A DNA stretch of 64,000 nucleotides from Octopus bimaculoides (Eukaryota): assembly GCF_001194135.2 (NCBI RefSeq), contig NC_068985.1:17061003-17125002 (forward strand), written 5' to 3'. The notes beneath the pieces were generated by a model, which was not told where the DNA came from, searched no databases, and saw only the letters and a list, made by a program, of their open reading frames with translations. The translations under genes and the position numbers were made by a program. Positions within the stretch are counted from its first letter, which is position 1; each line of letters starts with the position of its first letter. Shown one piece after another: positions 26,030 through 38,866 of the stretch.

Positions 26030-26062
<33 letters not shown>
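25465..26062 (+). mobile_element. RTE LINE 3' UTR with multiple GTGCCGGTGGCAC units
   Basis: About five hairpin units, then the standard family C end and a (GAT)n tail. Confidence 0.85.
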
Positions 26063-26063
<1 letters not shown>

Positions 26064-27691
26064 GAAGTTTTAATATCAACTTGTCTGAAACTGACTGTAT
26101 AAAGATTTCACATTTAAATTAAAATCTCATTATTACAAAAAATAATAATGCACGATATTATGAAAGGTCAATTTCCTATATTTCAAGACCCAATTAAACC
26201 CTTTCTAGATTACATTTCTAATGAGTAAACCATATATTTTTCAATCTTTCTCTGTAATTATGATTAGTGATGGGGGTAATAAAGTATCATATAACATTAT
26301 ACATTGATTTCAAATTTTGGCACAAGACAGAAATTTTGGAGGAAAGGGGTAAATCAATTATGCTGACCCCAGGGCTCAGCTGGTACTTATTTTATCAGCT
26401 CCAAAAGGATGACAGCCAAAATTGGCCTCGGTGAAATTTGAACTCAGAAGTTAAGACAAACAAAATGCCACTTAGCATTTTGCCCAGTGTACTAACAATT
26501 CTGCCAGCTCATTACTTTTATAACTATATATATTGGCTGCTACTGTTGTTGTTGTTGTTAATCCCTTATGCCTTGATCAAACACATCTATGATCAAAAGC
26601 ATTCAAGCACAATCAGCCTGTCTTTTCCTATGAGCAGGGAATCCAATGCCTTCTAAGATGTACTTTTTTTAAAAAAAAGTAGGGTGCGATTTGATGGAGG
26701 TTTGACTGCTACGTTGTTGAGTGACCATGCAGTTGCTCCAAATACTGACTAAAATCTTATGTTATAAGAGATTTCAATTCAGATTTTAACATTTGGAGTA
26801 CAGGTGCTCTAAAGACAGGTGACATAAAAAGGATCAAATACTAATATATAAAATAAAATTGGTTATTGTATTATAGACACAAGCATGATTAAATGGTTAG
26901 GAAGTTCACTTTGCAACCACATGGTTTCCAGTCCTACTGTGTTGCACTTTGGTCATATTTTTTTCTACCATAGACCCCAGGTTGGCAAATGCCTTGTGAG
27001 TGAATTTGGTAGATGGAAACTGTGTTGAAGTTCATCATGTGTGTGTTTGTGCATGTGTGTGCTTGGGCATGTGTGTGCTTGGGCATGTGTGTGCTTGGGC
27101 ATGTGTGTGTGTACATGTGTGTTCTTCTTTGTGTTTGTCCTTCACCACTGCCTGACAACTAGTTTGTTTATATTCCCATAACTTAGCAGTCCAGCCAAAG
27201 AATCAACAGAAAAAGTGTCAGGCTTAAAAAAAAAATAAGTAATGGGATCAATTTGTTTGACCAAACTCCTCAAGATGGTGCCCCAGGATGGCCACAGTCT
27301 ACTGACTGAGACTAATAAAAGATAGAAACTAAATACAAATTCTAGATTGTTCTAAAAAATTATTAAAATGTAGAGAATATATTTTTGTAATATACACTCC
27401 GAGTTTCTATTACCTAGGGACTAGATGTGACTCACAAAGTCACAAAACAGCTACAGAAAATGTACATATACAAGCATACTTTTACTTAAACATCAAACTA
27501 TGTTCTGTGTGTGTGTGTGTGAGACCACTCTGTACTCTGTTCTTCTACAGCTCTTGACTGGTTCTCAAAAATCACAAGGTCTTGAGAGTTCTACTCAAGG
27601 TTGTGGACTTTCATGTGAGTGACATACAGTGATTATAAAAGTGGTTATTTTTGGCGCCTCATGAGTCATGATTTCCTCCCTCCCTCTCTCC

Positions 27692-27735
<44 letters not shown>

Positions 27736-28346
27736 GAGAAATGAAAACCTAAACCAATGAAACACACACACAAATAAAATCACATTAAATCATCCACTTG
27801 AAAGTAGTCACTCCTTTTTACAAATATTTGTGGATTTTAGACGAAACTAAACACTGTCTCTCATTCATCATTAACACAAAAGACCATCTACCCTATTCTT
27901 GAATGGGGCACAAATCTCTCATCCACATTCTCTAACTTATTTGTGGGTCAAGGATACATTCTGTATTCTAACTTTGCTCCTAAAAGTGGTCCCTCTACAT
28001 ATTTAGGGAGAATCTTCTCTCACTACTTACATTGTCACCTGGATCTTATTGACAATCACTTGATCATCATTTTAACATTCATGTTTCCGCCTTGCATGGA
28101 ACAGATGGAATTCATTGAGGTAGGCTTCCTTCCTGATGCCAGCCCTCACTCGTTTCTAAGTAAGTTAATATTTTCCCATGGCTAGACATGTTTTCATGGA
28201 AGGTAAGAAACAAAGACAATATTGCTTTTATGATGAAAAAACTCATTTTTAGTTATCCCAAGATGTCAAGACAAGAAAACACAAAAGTACACACACATAC
28301 ATAAATACCTACACATATCTATCTATCTATCTATTTGTGTTTATCT

Positions 28347-28758
28347 CTAATTGTGGAGGGAACCTGTGATAGAGGTAGACCCAGGAAGATATGGGATGAG
28401 GTGGTGAAGCATGATCTTCAAATGTTGGGCCTCACAAAGGCAATGACAAGTGACCAAGACCTTTGGCGGTATGCTGTGCTTGAGAAGGCTTGTCAAGCCA
28501 AGTGAAACTGTTGTCATGGCTGATGACAGTTCCATGTGACTGACACCCATGCTGGTGGCACATAAAAGCACCCATGCTGGTGGCACATTAAAAGCATCCA
28601 TTATATTCTCAAAGTGGTTGGCATTAGGAAGGGCATCCAGCTGTAGAAACCATGCCAAATCAGACTGGAATTTGGTGCAGCTCTCGAGCTGGCCAGTTCT
28701 AGTCTAACCATCTAACCCATGCCAGCCTGGAAAGCAGATGCTAAATAATGATGATGAT
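28347..28758 (+). mobile_element. RTE LINE 3' end: ORF C-terminus plus family C UTR
   Basis: 28347-28505 translates as LIVEGTCDRGRPRKIWDEVVKHDLQMLGLTKAMTSDQDLWRYAVLEKACQAK*, the RTE C-terminal GRPRKxW motif. It is contiguous with the family C UTR and a (GAT)n tail. Confidence 0.88.
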
Positions 28759-29745
28759 ATATACATATATATATATGACGTGCTTCCTTCAGTTTCCATT
28801 ACCTAATCCACACACAAGGCTTTAATTGGCAAAGGGCAATTATAAAAGACAGTTGCCCAAGGTGTCCCACAATAAGACTGAACCTGGAACTACATGGTCC
28901 ACTCCTTCATGTTGGCATGAGTTAGATGGGCTTTTTGGTGGAAACGTTTTATAGCTGGATGCCCTTCTTTATGCTAACCCTTTTAGTCACTCCTTACTAC
29001 AATATGTTGGGATACGGTGTTCCTCTGAATAAATTAAGCACAAGACATAATCTACAGAATTCCCACCCAGTATTATAGCACAACCCACCCAGCATATATC
29101 CCGCATAATCACCACTTAATAAAATGATACACATAATCAACATCTGAAACCACAGCACAATCCACACACAAGCCATATAGCATATAATGCGGAGAGCTGG
29201 CAGAAACGTTAGCATGCTGGACGAAATGGTTAACAATATTTCGTCTCTCTTTACATTCTGAGTTTAAATTCTTCCGAGGTCAACCTTGCTTTTCATCTTT
29301 CAGGGTCGATAAATTAAGTACCAGTTGTGTACTGGGGTTGGTCTAATTGACTGCCCCTCCCATCCCCAAAAATTTCGGGCATTGTGCCTAGAGTAGAAAA
29401 GAATTAATTGTGTGCTTACAATTCTACCATCTTACTACAACAACAATAATAATAATATTAATAACAATAATAATAATAAAAATAACAACAATAATAATAA
29501 TAATAATAATAATAATCATAATAATAATAATAATAATAATCTTTTCTACTATAAGCACAAGGCCTAAAATTTTGTGGGAGGGACCAATCGATTACATTGA
29601 TCCAGTACATAAATGGTACTTATTTCATTGACCCCTGAAAGAATACCTCAGTGGAATTTGAACTCAGAATATAAAAAATGAAATGCTACTAACCATTTTG
29701 TTTGACATGCTAACAATTCTGCCTGCTCACCACCTTAATAATAAT

Positions 29746-29926
29746 CGAAACAAATAGGGGCTGCAATAAGGGTGGAACACTTGCAGAAAACAGCACTGCT
29801 TGGAACTGCTCGAATACTCCGGAAGGTGCTTGAAAAATAAGAGGTGTTACCTTAGTTCACTGGTAGTGAACAGCTGACACTGTAGTACATCTCCAGCGTT
29901 AGAAGCTGTGCAAAGGCAATAATAAT
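29746..29926 (+). mobile_element. R4/Dong-like (RLE) LINE 3' end
   Basis: 29751-29840 translates as QIGAAIRVEHLQKTALLGTARILRKVLEK*, matching the LQK.ALLGTA.ILR.VL terminus typical of the R4 clade. A short UTR and an AATAATAAT tail follow; the 5' flank is also TAATAATAAT. Confidence 0.82.
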
Positions 29927-30424
29927 GTACATTGTTTCATCTTGGTATAAAAGATGGGCTACAGCAAATATTCTGCTTAATACCACAGATTTGCTTGTCA
30001 ATTGTTGTAACCTTAATCAGTTGAGCATGTCCCTTAGTTGCTGATGATATGTGCATCTCTGATCATGAGCAGAAGTAGTGGGGGAGCATCATAGCCATGT
30101 GTTGAGAGGAATTCTTTGGGGCTTGAATAATTCACCTCTTGAAACATGGGTGTTTTGTTCATCATTCTTAAGCAACCCTTATTCAGGGACCTGAAGAAAA
30201 TTCTAACTGGGCCCCACCTACAAGGTCATGCACTGTTTATTTTGATATGAGATCACTACGTCAAGCACATATCGTTGTGATGCATGTACCTGGTATACCC
30301 TTACCAGACAGGTAGTCATGATGGGTATACTGGGCTTGGTATATTTTACCCCCGTGTCACTTTGATGGCACGCACTGCTCTCTCACTCAATAAAGATAAT
30401 AATAATAATAATAACAATAATAAT

Positions 30425-30463
<39 letters not shown>
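29927..30463 (+). mobile_element. Unclassified (AAT)n-tailed repeat (family G)
   Basis: About 460 bp of GC-richer sequence ending CTCTCACTCAATAA plus (AAT)n. Its repeat status rests on recall and context, not on a second copy in this window. Confidence 0.5.
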
Positions 30464-30464
<1 letters not shown>

Positions 30465-30794
30465 GTTTCAAATTTTGGCACAAAGCCCAAAGAGGCGAAA
30501 GGCAAAGTGGACTTTGGCGGAATCTGAACACAGAACATAAAGATGGATAAAATAACGCTAAGCATTTTGCCCAGCATGCAATAATAACCCTTTCTACTAT
30601 AGGCACAAGGCCTGGAATTTGCGGGGACGGGGGATAGTCAATCACATCTTCCCCCGTATCTGATTAGCACTTAATTTATCGACCCCCAAAAGGATAAATG
30701 GAAAAGTCAACCTCAGTGGAATCTGAACCCAGAACGTAAAGATGGATGGAATGCCACTAAGCATTTTGCTCAGCGTTTAATAATGATGATGATG

Positions 30795-30829
<35 letters not shown>

Positions 30830-31027
30830 CAGTGACAGCAGTAATGATGATGATGATGATGATGATGTTGATCAGAACAATTATAATTAAGCTATCAAAT
30901 TTTCCTCTACAGATATTTCACAAGCAAAAAAAATTAACACAAATATTTAATGTACTCATTAAATCCAAATTTAACTTCTACTTGTTAAAGAAAAACTACT
31001 AGAAATATCAAGTGAATGATTACTTAC

Positions 31028-31095
31028 CAGTTTTAATTAGAACAGCAATCAGGGTATCTAGAAGATTGATAAGAGAAGAAGCCTTCAGAAACAAT
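31028..31095 (-). CDS. Candidate internal exon, unknown protein (LFLKASSLINLLDTLIAVLIKT)
   Basis: Donor TG|GTAAGT, acceptor ...TTTTGATTACTTAAG, one open frame, phase 2 to 1. Confidence 0.33.
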
Positions 31096-31809
31096 CTTAA
31101 GTAATCAAAAGTCAGAATTTTTTTTTTCTTTTTGCTATTTCTTTATTTTTTTTAATATGAAGTAATTAATTGATGTAATTATAAGCCAAAAATCTCAAGT
31201 TACTAATTTGGTTTGGTCATTTTCCACCAGTTCAACTTCATCTAGACTTCTGCAAGATTTAATTACTAGTGACTAGTATAAATATATACACAATGACAGA
31301 TTCTAAAATTACGACTGGTTTTCTTCAGTTCCATCAGCTCAAAGTGTTTAACAAGTGTCTAAATATGTCTATTTAAAATAGTCCATGCTATTATGAAGAA
31401 AACACATCAAATAAATGGCTGAAGAGAATAATCTATTCACACTCAGAAAAATCACAAGAATTATCTTTTAAATGGATGTGTACAAAAATCTAATAAAGAG
31501 AGGTTTTTGTGACATTGTGTACATCTTTTTATTTATTTATTTATTTTTTATTAATCAGACAATATTAATTTCCGGTGTCCTCTATATCACACTATATGTC
31601 ATGTGTGTGTATGTGTGTGTGACAGAGAGAGTCAGAGAGAGAGAAAGTACACATGTGCACACACTGATTAGTGTGTGTACAAAGCCACATTCCAAGTATG
31701 AAAAAGAAACAATGATGCTCTTTCATTCATATTTTATGTCAATTTTTCCATGCTAGCATGGGTTAGATGGAAATATTATTGAGGCATTGTGTTACAGCCA
31801 GAGGTCTTT

Positions 31810-32130
31810 TTTAGCCTCCTCCTCATCATCATCACCATTTAACATCTGTTTTCCATGCTTGCATGGGTTGAACGGTCTGACAAGAGCTGACCAGCTGGAG
31901 AACTGAGGCAGACTCCATTTGTCTGTTTTGGTACGGTTTCTACAGCTGGATGCTCTTTCTAATGTCACCACTTTATAGAGTGTACTAGGTGCTTTTTAAG
32001 TGGTACCAACATAGGTGCTTTTTACGTGGTACCAGCACAGGTGTTCTTTACATGGCACCAGCAATGGTACTTTTTATAGTGCTTTTTATATAGCACCAGC
32101 ATGGGTGTGTATTTCATGTGGCACCAGCAC
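31810..32130 (-). mobile_element. Family C RTE 3' end with a ~26-bp tandem unit x5
   Basis: GGTGCTTTTTACGTGG(C/T)ACCAGCA(C) repeats at 31987-32130, next to a GGATGCTCTTTCTAATG motif and the terminal palindrome. Confidence 0.75.
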
Positions 32131-32253
32131 CCATGAAAAAATAAAAGATCTTTTATTCCACATGTTTATTCCACAGTGGATGATTTATTGACAGGGGAAA
32201 TGACAAAATTTTCAGGGCAGCACATTTATTAACACAAATACACACATATTCAT

Positions 32254-32299
<46 letters not shown>

Positions 32300-33168
32300 A
32301 TGTGCGCATGCATACGTGTGTGTGCAACTGGCTTCTTTCAGTTTTTGTCAAACAAATCCACTCGCACAACTTTGGTTAATCTGGGGCTGTGGTAGAAAAT
32401 AGTTACCCAAGGTGTTATGCAGTGGGATTGATCTTGAAACTACATGGTTACAAAACAAACTTCTCAGCCACACAGCCATGTCAACCCATATAAAGAAAAC
32501 GTTTTTCCACTTATGGAAAAATGCTTACACAATAATAATCTGCTTCCTTCTCAATATCTAACTAAACCCTCAAATTGCAAATTGTGCTTCATTTTTACGA
32601 TTATGGTATAGCTCCTGCAAGACAGGTTGTGGGAAAGAGGAAACAAAACAACAGGTCATGGGTTATGGTCAGAAGAAATGTTTGCAACAGGTGGACCCCA
32701 CTAAAGATATCCAAGGTCCAGATGGTTGTATCAAGCCATAATTAAGCCTACCCCCTTATCAACAGATACAGTCCACGTCCCAGCTTCTACATACTTTCAA
32801 TCTACCCAATTATACTGACAAGGCTTGAACTGACCCAAAGCTATGACAGACAACACTCTGAAATTGCTGTGCAATAAGATTGAGCTGAAATCACATGATT
32901 GTGTGACAGAGTTCTTAATCCCATGGCCATGACTGCGCCTATTCTCTGAGAGCATAAAGGAGAAATTAAGAAAATGACATAGACAATAAGTCTGCAGAAG
33001 TTGATCTTTTGATCTACAACCACAGACAGCATGGACTTAGTTGATAGTTTCATTTGTCTGGAGTGAGATCACATAGACAAATAAAAAATGTGATAGTAAA
33101 AGTGGTATCTAAACATTTATATGCAATGGACTAACCTGAGTATTTCTCTCTTTGTGTGCCATACCTAC

Positions 33169-33263
33169 ATGCATTGGTAGTCATAAAGAGACTGAGCTAA
33201 GTTGTGTTGGATGGCAGGGACTTCTAGTCTATTCTGTCCCACACACAACTGAGCATAGTATTT
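33169..33263 (-). CDS. Candidate internal exon (KYYAQLCVGQNRLEVPAIQHNLAQSLYDYQC)
   Basis: Acceptor GTTTGTTGGTTTCAG, donor AT|GTAGGT, open frame, phase 0 to 2; compatible with both neighbouring candidates. Confidence 0.33.
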
Positions 33264-34079
33264 CTGAAACCAACAAACTTGTGTATTCGAGAAGGAAAAG
33301 AAAGATAGAAAAAGACATAAAAGACAACAGCAATAAACAGAAACAAACCATCTGAGCTGTTCATCCCTTGCACAACTACTTGCTACAAATCATCTCTTAA
33401 CTGTCATTAATTTCCACAACTCTCCTCCTGCTGAGAGCTTCAGCAGGCCATCAAGTTAGACACCAAAGTCCACTATTCACAAGTCCACTATTCACCAGTC
33501 CACCACTACACTTCAACAGCTAAATAATGGGCGAGAAAATCACAGACGTCTACTTAGAATCAAATACCATACACATATGGTCAATCGAAAATCTAATTGA
33601 AGCTTAAACAGTTCTGACAATTCCAACCTTTGTATTTTGCATCAAAGAGATAGCTGGCAGTTATTTTTATTTCTGGCATGCCACAGTGATTTTCTAATTA
33701 CTTTTTCTAATCTATTAATTAGCTCTCTCTCTTTCTCTCTTCCTCTCTCATTTTTTTGCTTTCTATTGCTACATCTTTGACATACTTCTTTTATATTCTA
33801 CTCAGATGGCTTTCTTCAAAGACACCCACCACTTATTGTTAGTGATTGTCCATATTAATTTTTACTTAACTAGTTAACTAACTTGGTAACTGAGAGCTTT
33901 CCAAGCTGGAAATGATACTCCTACACAATTCCAGCATTTATCCAAGACACCATTACAGTCATCCACTAGCACAAACAAGATGGATGATCCCAAAAATGAA
34001 TCTGGACACCTGGTTAAATTTAGCTGCTCTACACTAATCAACACATAAACCGCCATGAGTATGAAGGCAAGAGGCATTA

Positions 34080-34775
34080 CATTAATTCCATATCCAATTG
34101 GAGGTAAGCTCCTTTGCAAACATTGTTTACTGACAATATCAATCTAACAGGAAACAGTAAAGCAGACTCTAGAACTCACCGCCAAACTACAAAGAGAGTT
34201 AAGGGTACACAAAATGGAGCTTAATTCAGTAAAAGTAACAACCAAGTCACAACACAGTACTAGTATCATTTTGAACAGACTACAACTTTAAAAAGTGGAC
34301 AATTTTAAAAATCTTAGAGCAACGATAGCAGCTCAATGAAGCAATATTCAACTTGGTTTCATCTGCCATGACAAAGCCAGATGTGATATGGAAAATCAGT
34401 TCTATCAGTTTTCCCATGAAATTTGAACAGTATCAGCCCCTAATGACATCTATACTTCAGTATTCAAGTGAAATTTGGACACAGCAGACGCAGAATGAAG
34501 AATCCAGGCAGTCAAGCATAAGAGATTCAGATGGCTGCTATATATCTTGTCAACAGAGTATAAGACAACCAGCTTTGTCAAGTAGTAAGTCTCCAAATAT
34601 GCTGGCAGGCAGGAACCAATTCTTGCTACAATGAAGTGCCAAAAGCTTGCCAGATACAAACTTGTATCAGCCATGATTTCTTGTATAAAATAACTTTCTA
34701 GGGCACAACTGAAAGAGAGAAAAGAAGAGGCAGACAAAGAAAATCATGGTGTGACGACATCAAGGACTTCATTTT
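34080..34775 (+). mobile_element. Decayed RTE LINE reverse transcriptase, 3' half
   Basis: Fragments: PIGGKLLC / FTDNINL (FADDIDL-like) / KVDNFKNLRATI / SAMTKPDVIWK..ISFPMK....MTSILQYSSEIWT / QEPILATMKCQKLA / RRGRQRKSWCDDIKD. Many stops and frameshifts. Confidence 0.82.
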
Positions 34776-34834
34776 GTCTTTGATGTTATCACAGTCCATC
34801 TGTATGTGACGGATGACAATGCTAAGCAAAGCAA

Positions 34835-35015
34835 ATGGTAGGAATTTGCAGGAGAAAGCTGAGGAAAACATGGGAAGAAGTGGTGAAAGCTGATCTTAAG
34901 AGACTAAACTTCACAAAAGAGATGACAAAGGACCAGTACAAGTAGTGAGACAGTGTGCTGGACAAGAACCACCTAACCCATACAAATGGAAAAATGGACA
35001 AAAATATTTTTGGTG
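34835..35015 (+). mobile_element. Second RTE 3' end with almost no 3' UTR
   Basis: Translates as VGICRRKLRKTWEEVVKADLKRLNFTKEMTKDQ.., followed directly by CTAACCCATACAAATGGAAA (degenerate terminal palindrome). Confidence 0.68.
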
Positions 35016-35692
35016 TAAAAGGCAAAAGTAACTACAGCAGAAATTGAACTCAATAAAAAAAGGTTACTAAATACTACAAGACATCTTTTCTGACAATTGA
35101 CTGTTCATAACGAGAATGATAACAAAAAAAAAAATGATGATGATGATGATATGTCCATGTTTGCATCTGTTCACATATATGAGAGAGAGAAAGACAAAAA
35201 AGAGAGAAAGACAAAAAAGAGAGAAAGAAAAGAGATAGAAACAAGAGATAGAAATAAGAAGAGGGAGGAAGAGATGATAAACAATTCCTTACATGAAATT
35301 ATAATTACGTAACATCTTAAATAAATTTTAATTTATCAAGTCATCGAAATACAATTCTTCAATACACACTTTTAAGTAATTTAATACTCAGTATTTTTAC
35401 ATAATTTTCAACCAAGTGTATCATATACCATCAGAGCATCAAGTAAACTTCCTTATCAAGTTTAGATTTTCTACTTTCTCATGCACTAGGCCATGGTAAA
35501 AGAGTGCAGCTGACCTCCATATATCTTGATTTTAAAGCATGCTGAGATAAGTGAAAATATAAAATGTATCAAATGATATACTCTACTTCAACTGCATGTA
35601 AGGATTAATTCCAATAAACACAGGAATGTTTGTATGATTAAGAATCTTTTTCTGTAACTAAGCTGTCTCGAGTTCAATCCCATTGTCCAACA

Positions 35693-35941
35693 GAATGGTT
35701 CTCAACTGGGGTCCATATAAGATTTTGTTGTTAAAATTTATGCTTATACTGTTACAATACACATTGCTTAAACTGTTACAATACACAACATATTTTAATA
35801 AATTTTTATACAATTCGTAATAACATTTAATTATAAAAATACTAAAGGATTTTCTAAAACATGAAATGGTTATGAGGATGGTTATCTGAGCAAAATAGGT
35901 TTCAAAGAAGTCAATAGGCAAAAAACGGTTGAGAACCACTG
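35693..35941. mobile_element. hAT (Charlie-like) MITE inside a degenerate SINE A head
   Basis: TIRs (GA)ATGGTTCTCAAC and GTTGAGAACCACTG. The 8-bp flanks match only partly. Confidence 0.65.
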
Positions 35942-36720
35942 GCCTAGCACTTTAGGCAAGTGTTTTCTACCATGGCTTCAAGCTAACCAATGCTTAATAA
36001 AAGGAATTTGATACACAGAAACTTTACAGAAACCCACTGCATGCGTAGCTAACTCTTACTGTTCCTTCATGATTCAATGCTAAAAAAAGAAATGGTATCA
36101 CAAAGACAGAGTACAGAAAAATCTTTAACTCTTTCATAACAGTAGCTATGAACACCCATGACCTGTTTGAATGGACTCTAAGATTGTTGAGGTGGAGTGG
36201 GGAGAAAAGAAAAAGCTAAAACTCATATGTTGATGTAGTTGGAAACAGCAGCATCATCATCACTTAACATCACTTTCCATACTGGCATAGACTGGATGGT
36301 TTGATAGGGAACTGGTGAGCTGCAGGGCTGCATCAGTTTCCTATGTCATCTTTGGCTGGATGCCCTTCCTAATGCCAACCACTTTACAAAGTAAATTGGG
36401 TTATCCTTAAACCAAAGATCTGGTCTAAATGCTTGCAACAGAGTGTGCTCTACTAATAACATCCAGGTTGGCAGCAGCAGTGGCGTCATCATTTTAATGT
36501 CCACTTTCCCATGCTTGCATGGGTTGGATAGAATTTGTTGAGGCAGATTTTCTACAGCTGGATGCCCTTCCTATTGCTAGCTCCTACTTGTTTCCAGGCT
36601 GCCAAATCCATTCACAAGGTTTTAGTTGACCCGGGGCTAGAGTAGAAGACACTTGCTCAAGATGCCCAGCAATGGAAGTGAACCCACAAAACAATGTGGA
36701 TGGGAAGCAAACTTCTGCTC

Positions 36721-36771
<51 letters not shown>

Positions 36772-38688
36772 ATGTGCATGTGTGCGTGCGTGCGTGCGTG
36801 TGCGAGTATATGAGTGTGGACTTGTGAGCATGTGTGTGTATGTGTGTCTGTGAAAGAGAGAGGGTTTGTGAGCATGGGTATGCATGCACACTTGTGCACA
36901 CATCTTCTGTTCAAACATGGGTAAATGTTTATGTTCCATGCTTGTTACCACTTCAGTAAACCAATACTGGTGTTGACATTATGACCTGTTGCTCTGCACT
37001 TCTGAAGATCTCTGGATCAAAATAATCCCTTACTTGAAAAACTTCTAAAGGCCGGCTACAGGAAGATCATCCAGCCATAAAAATCTTACTTTGAATAACT
37101 CAAGTAAGTCTTCATCAAACTCATGCTAGCTTGGAAAAACAGATGCTAATAAATGAATGAATGAATCATACAACTAGCTATTAATTTCATTAGAGAGGAT
37201 ATAAGTTCAGTTGTGGTTGTGTAGTTGAGATGTTGTAAGTGAAGGTGTGTGGTCGACAAGTTTGCTTCCCAACCACATGATCTAAGATACTGACCCCAGG
37301 ACTTTACTGGTACATTAGTCACCAACACTGTCTTTCCCCACTTTTCTAATCACCATATTTGATGGTATATGACACTTTTTTTTCAACAAAATACTTTTTA
37401 AAAAATCACACTAGATCCTATAAGTAAAAGTTGTGCCACCCATAAGCTAATTTTGTCTCTGGGACACTTTCTCCTGAAGATGTGCTGCTAAAATTGGGGA
37501 CATCTAATATGCCTGTGTGTCTTTTATACCATCAAAATACAGTAGTTTTTAAATGCTAACTGCATTAAACATTTAACACTAACTTTACTGAAAAAAAAAG
37601 CTGAACACAAGACCAAATGCCTTTCTAGGTTTGAGTTCAATTCTCATCTCAATTGATTCATTTCTTTATTTTGAATTTCATTTCTCTAAAGTGAATGAAA
37701 TCTTACTAATCATATTATGTTTCTTTATTAATACATTTTTTTTTTTTCGACCTTAAAGCTCATAAGCTAAGTTACCTGATTTCTATGACATATAACTGTC
37801 CAAGAATTCTGCTGAATGGGATACTGGTCCATTGCAGGGTTGAAGGCTAGCAACTGTTGAGGGGGCAGACAAGTTGATTACGTTGATCCTAGTACTTGAT
37901 CGGTACTTTATTTTATCAACCACAAAGGGATCAAAGACAAAGTTGATCTTGGCAGAATTTGAACTTAGAAAGTAAAAAAGCCGGAAGAAACACTGCTAAG
38001 CATTTCATCTGATATGCTAACAATTCTGCCAGCCTGCCACCATTGTGGTATAGCTTGTATAAATGTTATAGATAATTATTAATTATAAACAAAGGAATTA
38101 AGGAAGTGGAGCATGTGGTAAACCGAAGTAAATATATATCTAGATTTACACAACAGATTGTTTCTTTCTAATTAATATATGAACTAGTATTTAAATATCT
38201 GTCATCCCAATCTGTTACTTTAAAATATATCATATGTTATAATTTACCATTTCTGTTGGTGCATGTGATCTTTCACTGATAATTGTTGCAGATATAGTTT
38301 CATTAATTTTATATTGTAAAAGCTTTCTGGGCTTTTCCCACTTTTTTTTCTCGGTATTGTGCAAACTGTATTTCTATAATTAAGGAATAGTTTTAATTCA
38401 TTGTAGTGTCCTAAATTAAATGACCTTATCTACTACATTGACAACTCTTTTTACTCTATTTCTGGTGTTGGACTTTGAGCTGTGTCCATGCTGGGGGCTC
38501 TATCAAAAATTGTTTTTAGCAAATCATATTGTTCACAACCACTCAATAATAATTCAGCTTGGTACTTATTTTATTAATTTCTGTTTATTAAATGGTCGAT
38601 CTTCTCTTTTGGGGCTTATAAGGACATAACTGAACATCCTGATATAAGCCAGTATACACACACACAAACAAACATCTATATATAGAGA

Positions 38689-38734
<46 letters not shown>

Positions 38735-38866
38735 GGGTTGGACAAAAAATAATGCTTGTTTATTTTTATGTTTTTTTATTTTTTATTAATGCTGCTTAAT
38801 ATGTTTTACTAAAATTGTTGTTTCTTTTCAAATATCATCAGAAAAAGGTAATTAAAATTCATTAAA

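Noticed and set aside
27551-27614. + strand exon-like segments (also 18626-18662 and 44624-44692)
   Set aside because: They have good individual splice signals but no coherent phase chain or recognisable product; within chance expectation for AT-rich DNA.
31987-32130. Regularly spaced ~26-bp repeats superficially like a CRISPR array
   Set aside because: There are no unique spacers, the context is eukaryotic, and the unit is part of the RTE 3' UTR.
37776-37853. Open 78-nt minus-strand exon candidate with a CAG|GTAACT donor
   Set aside because: Its acceptor and body derive from SINE sequence.
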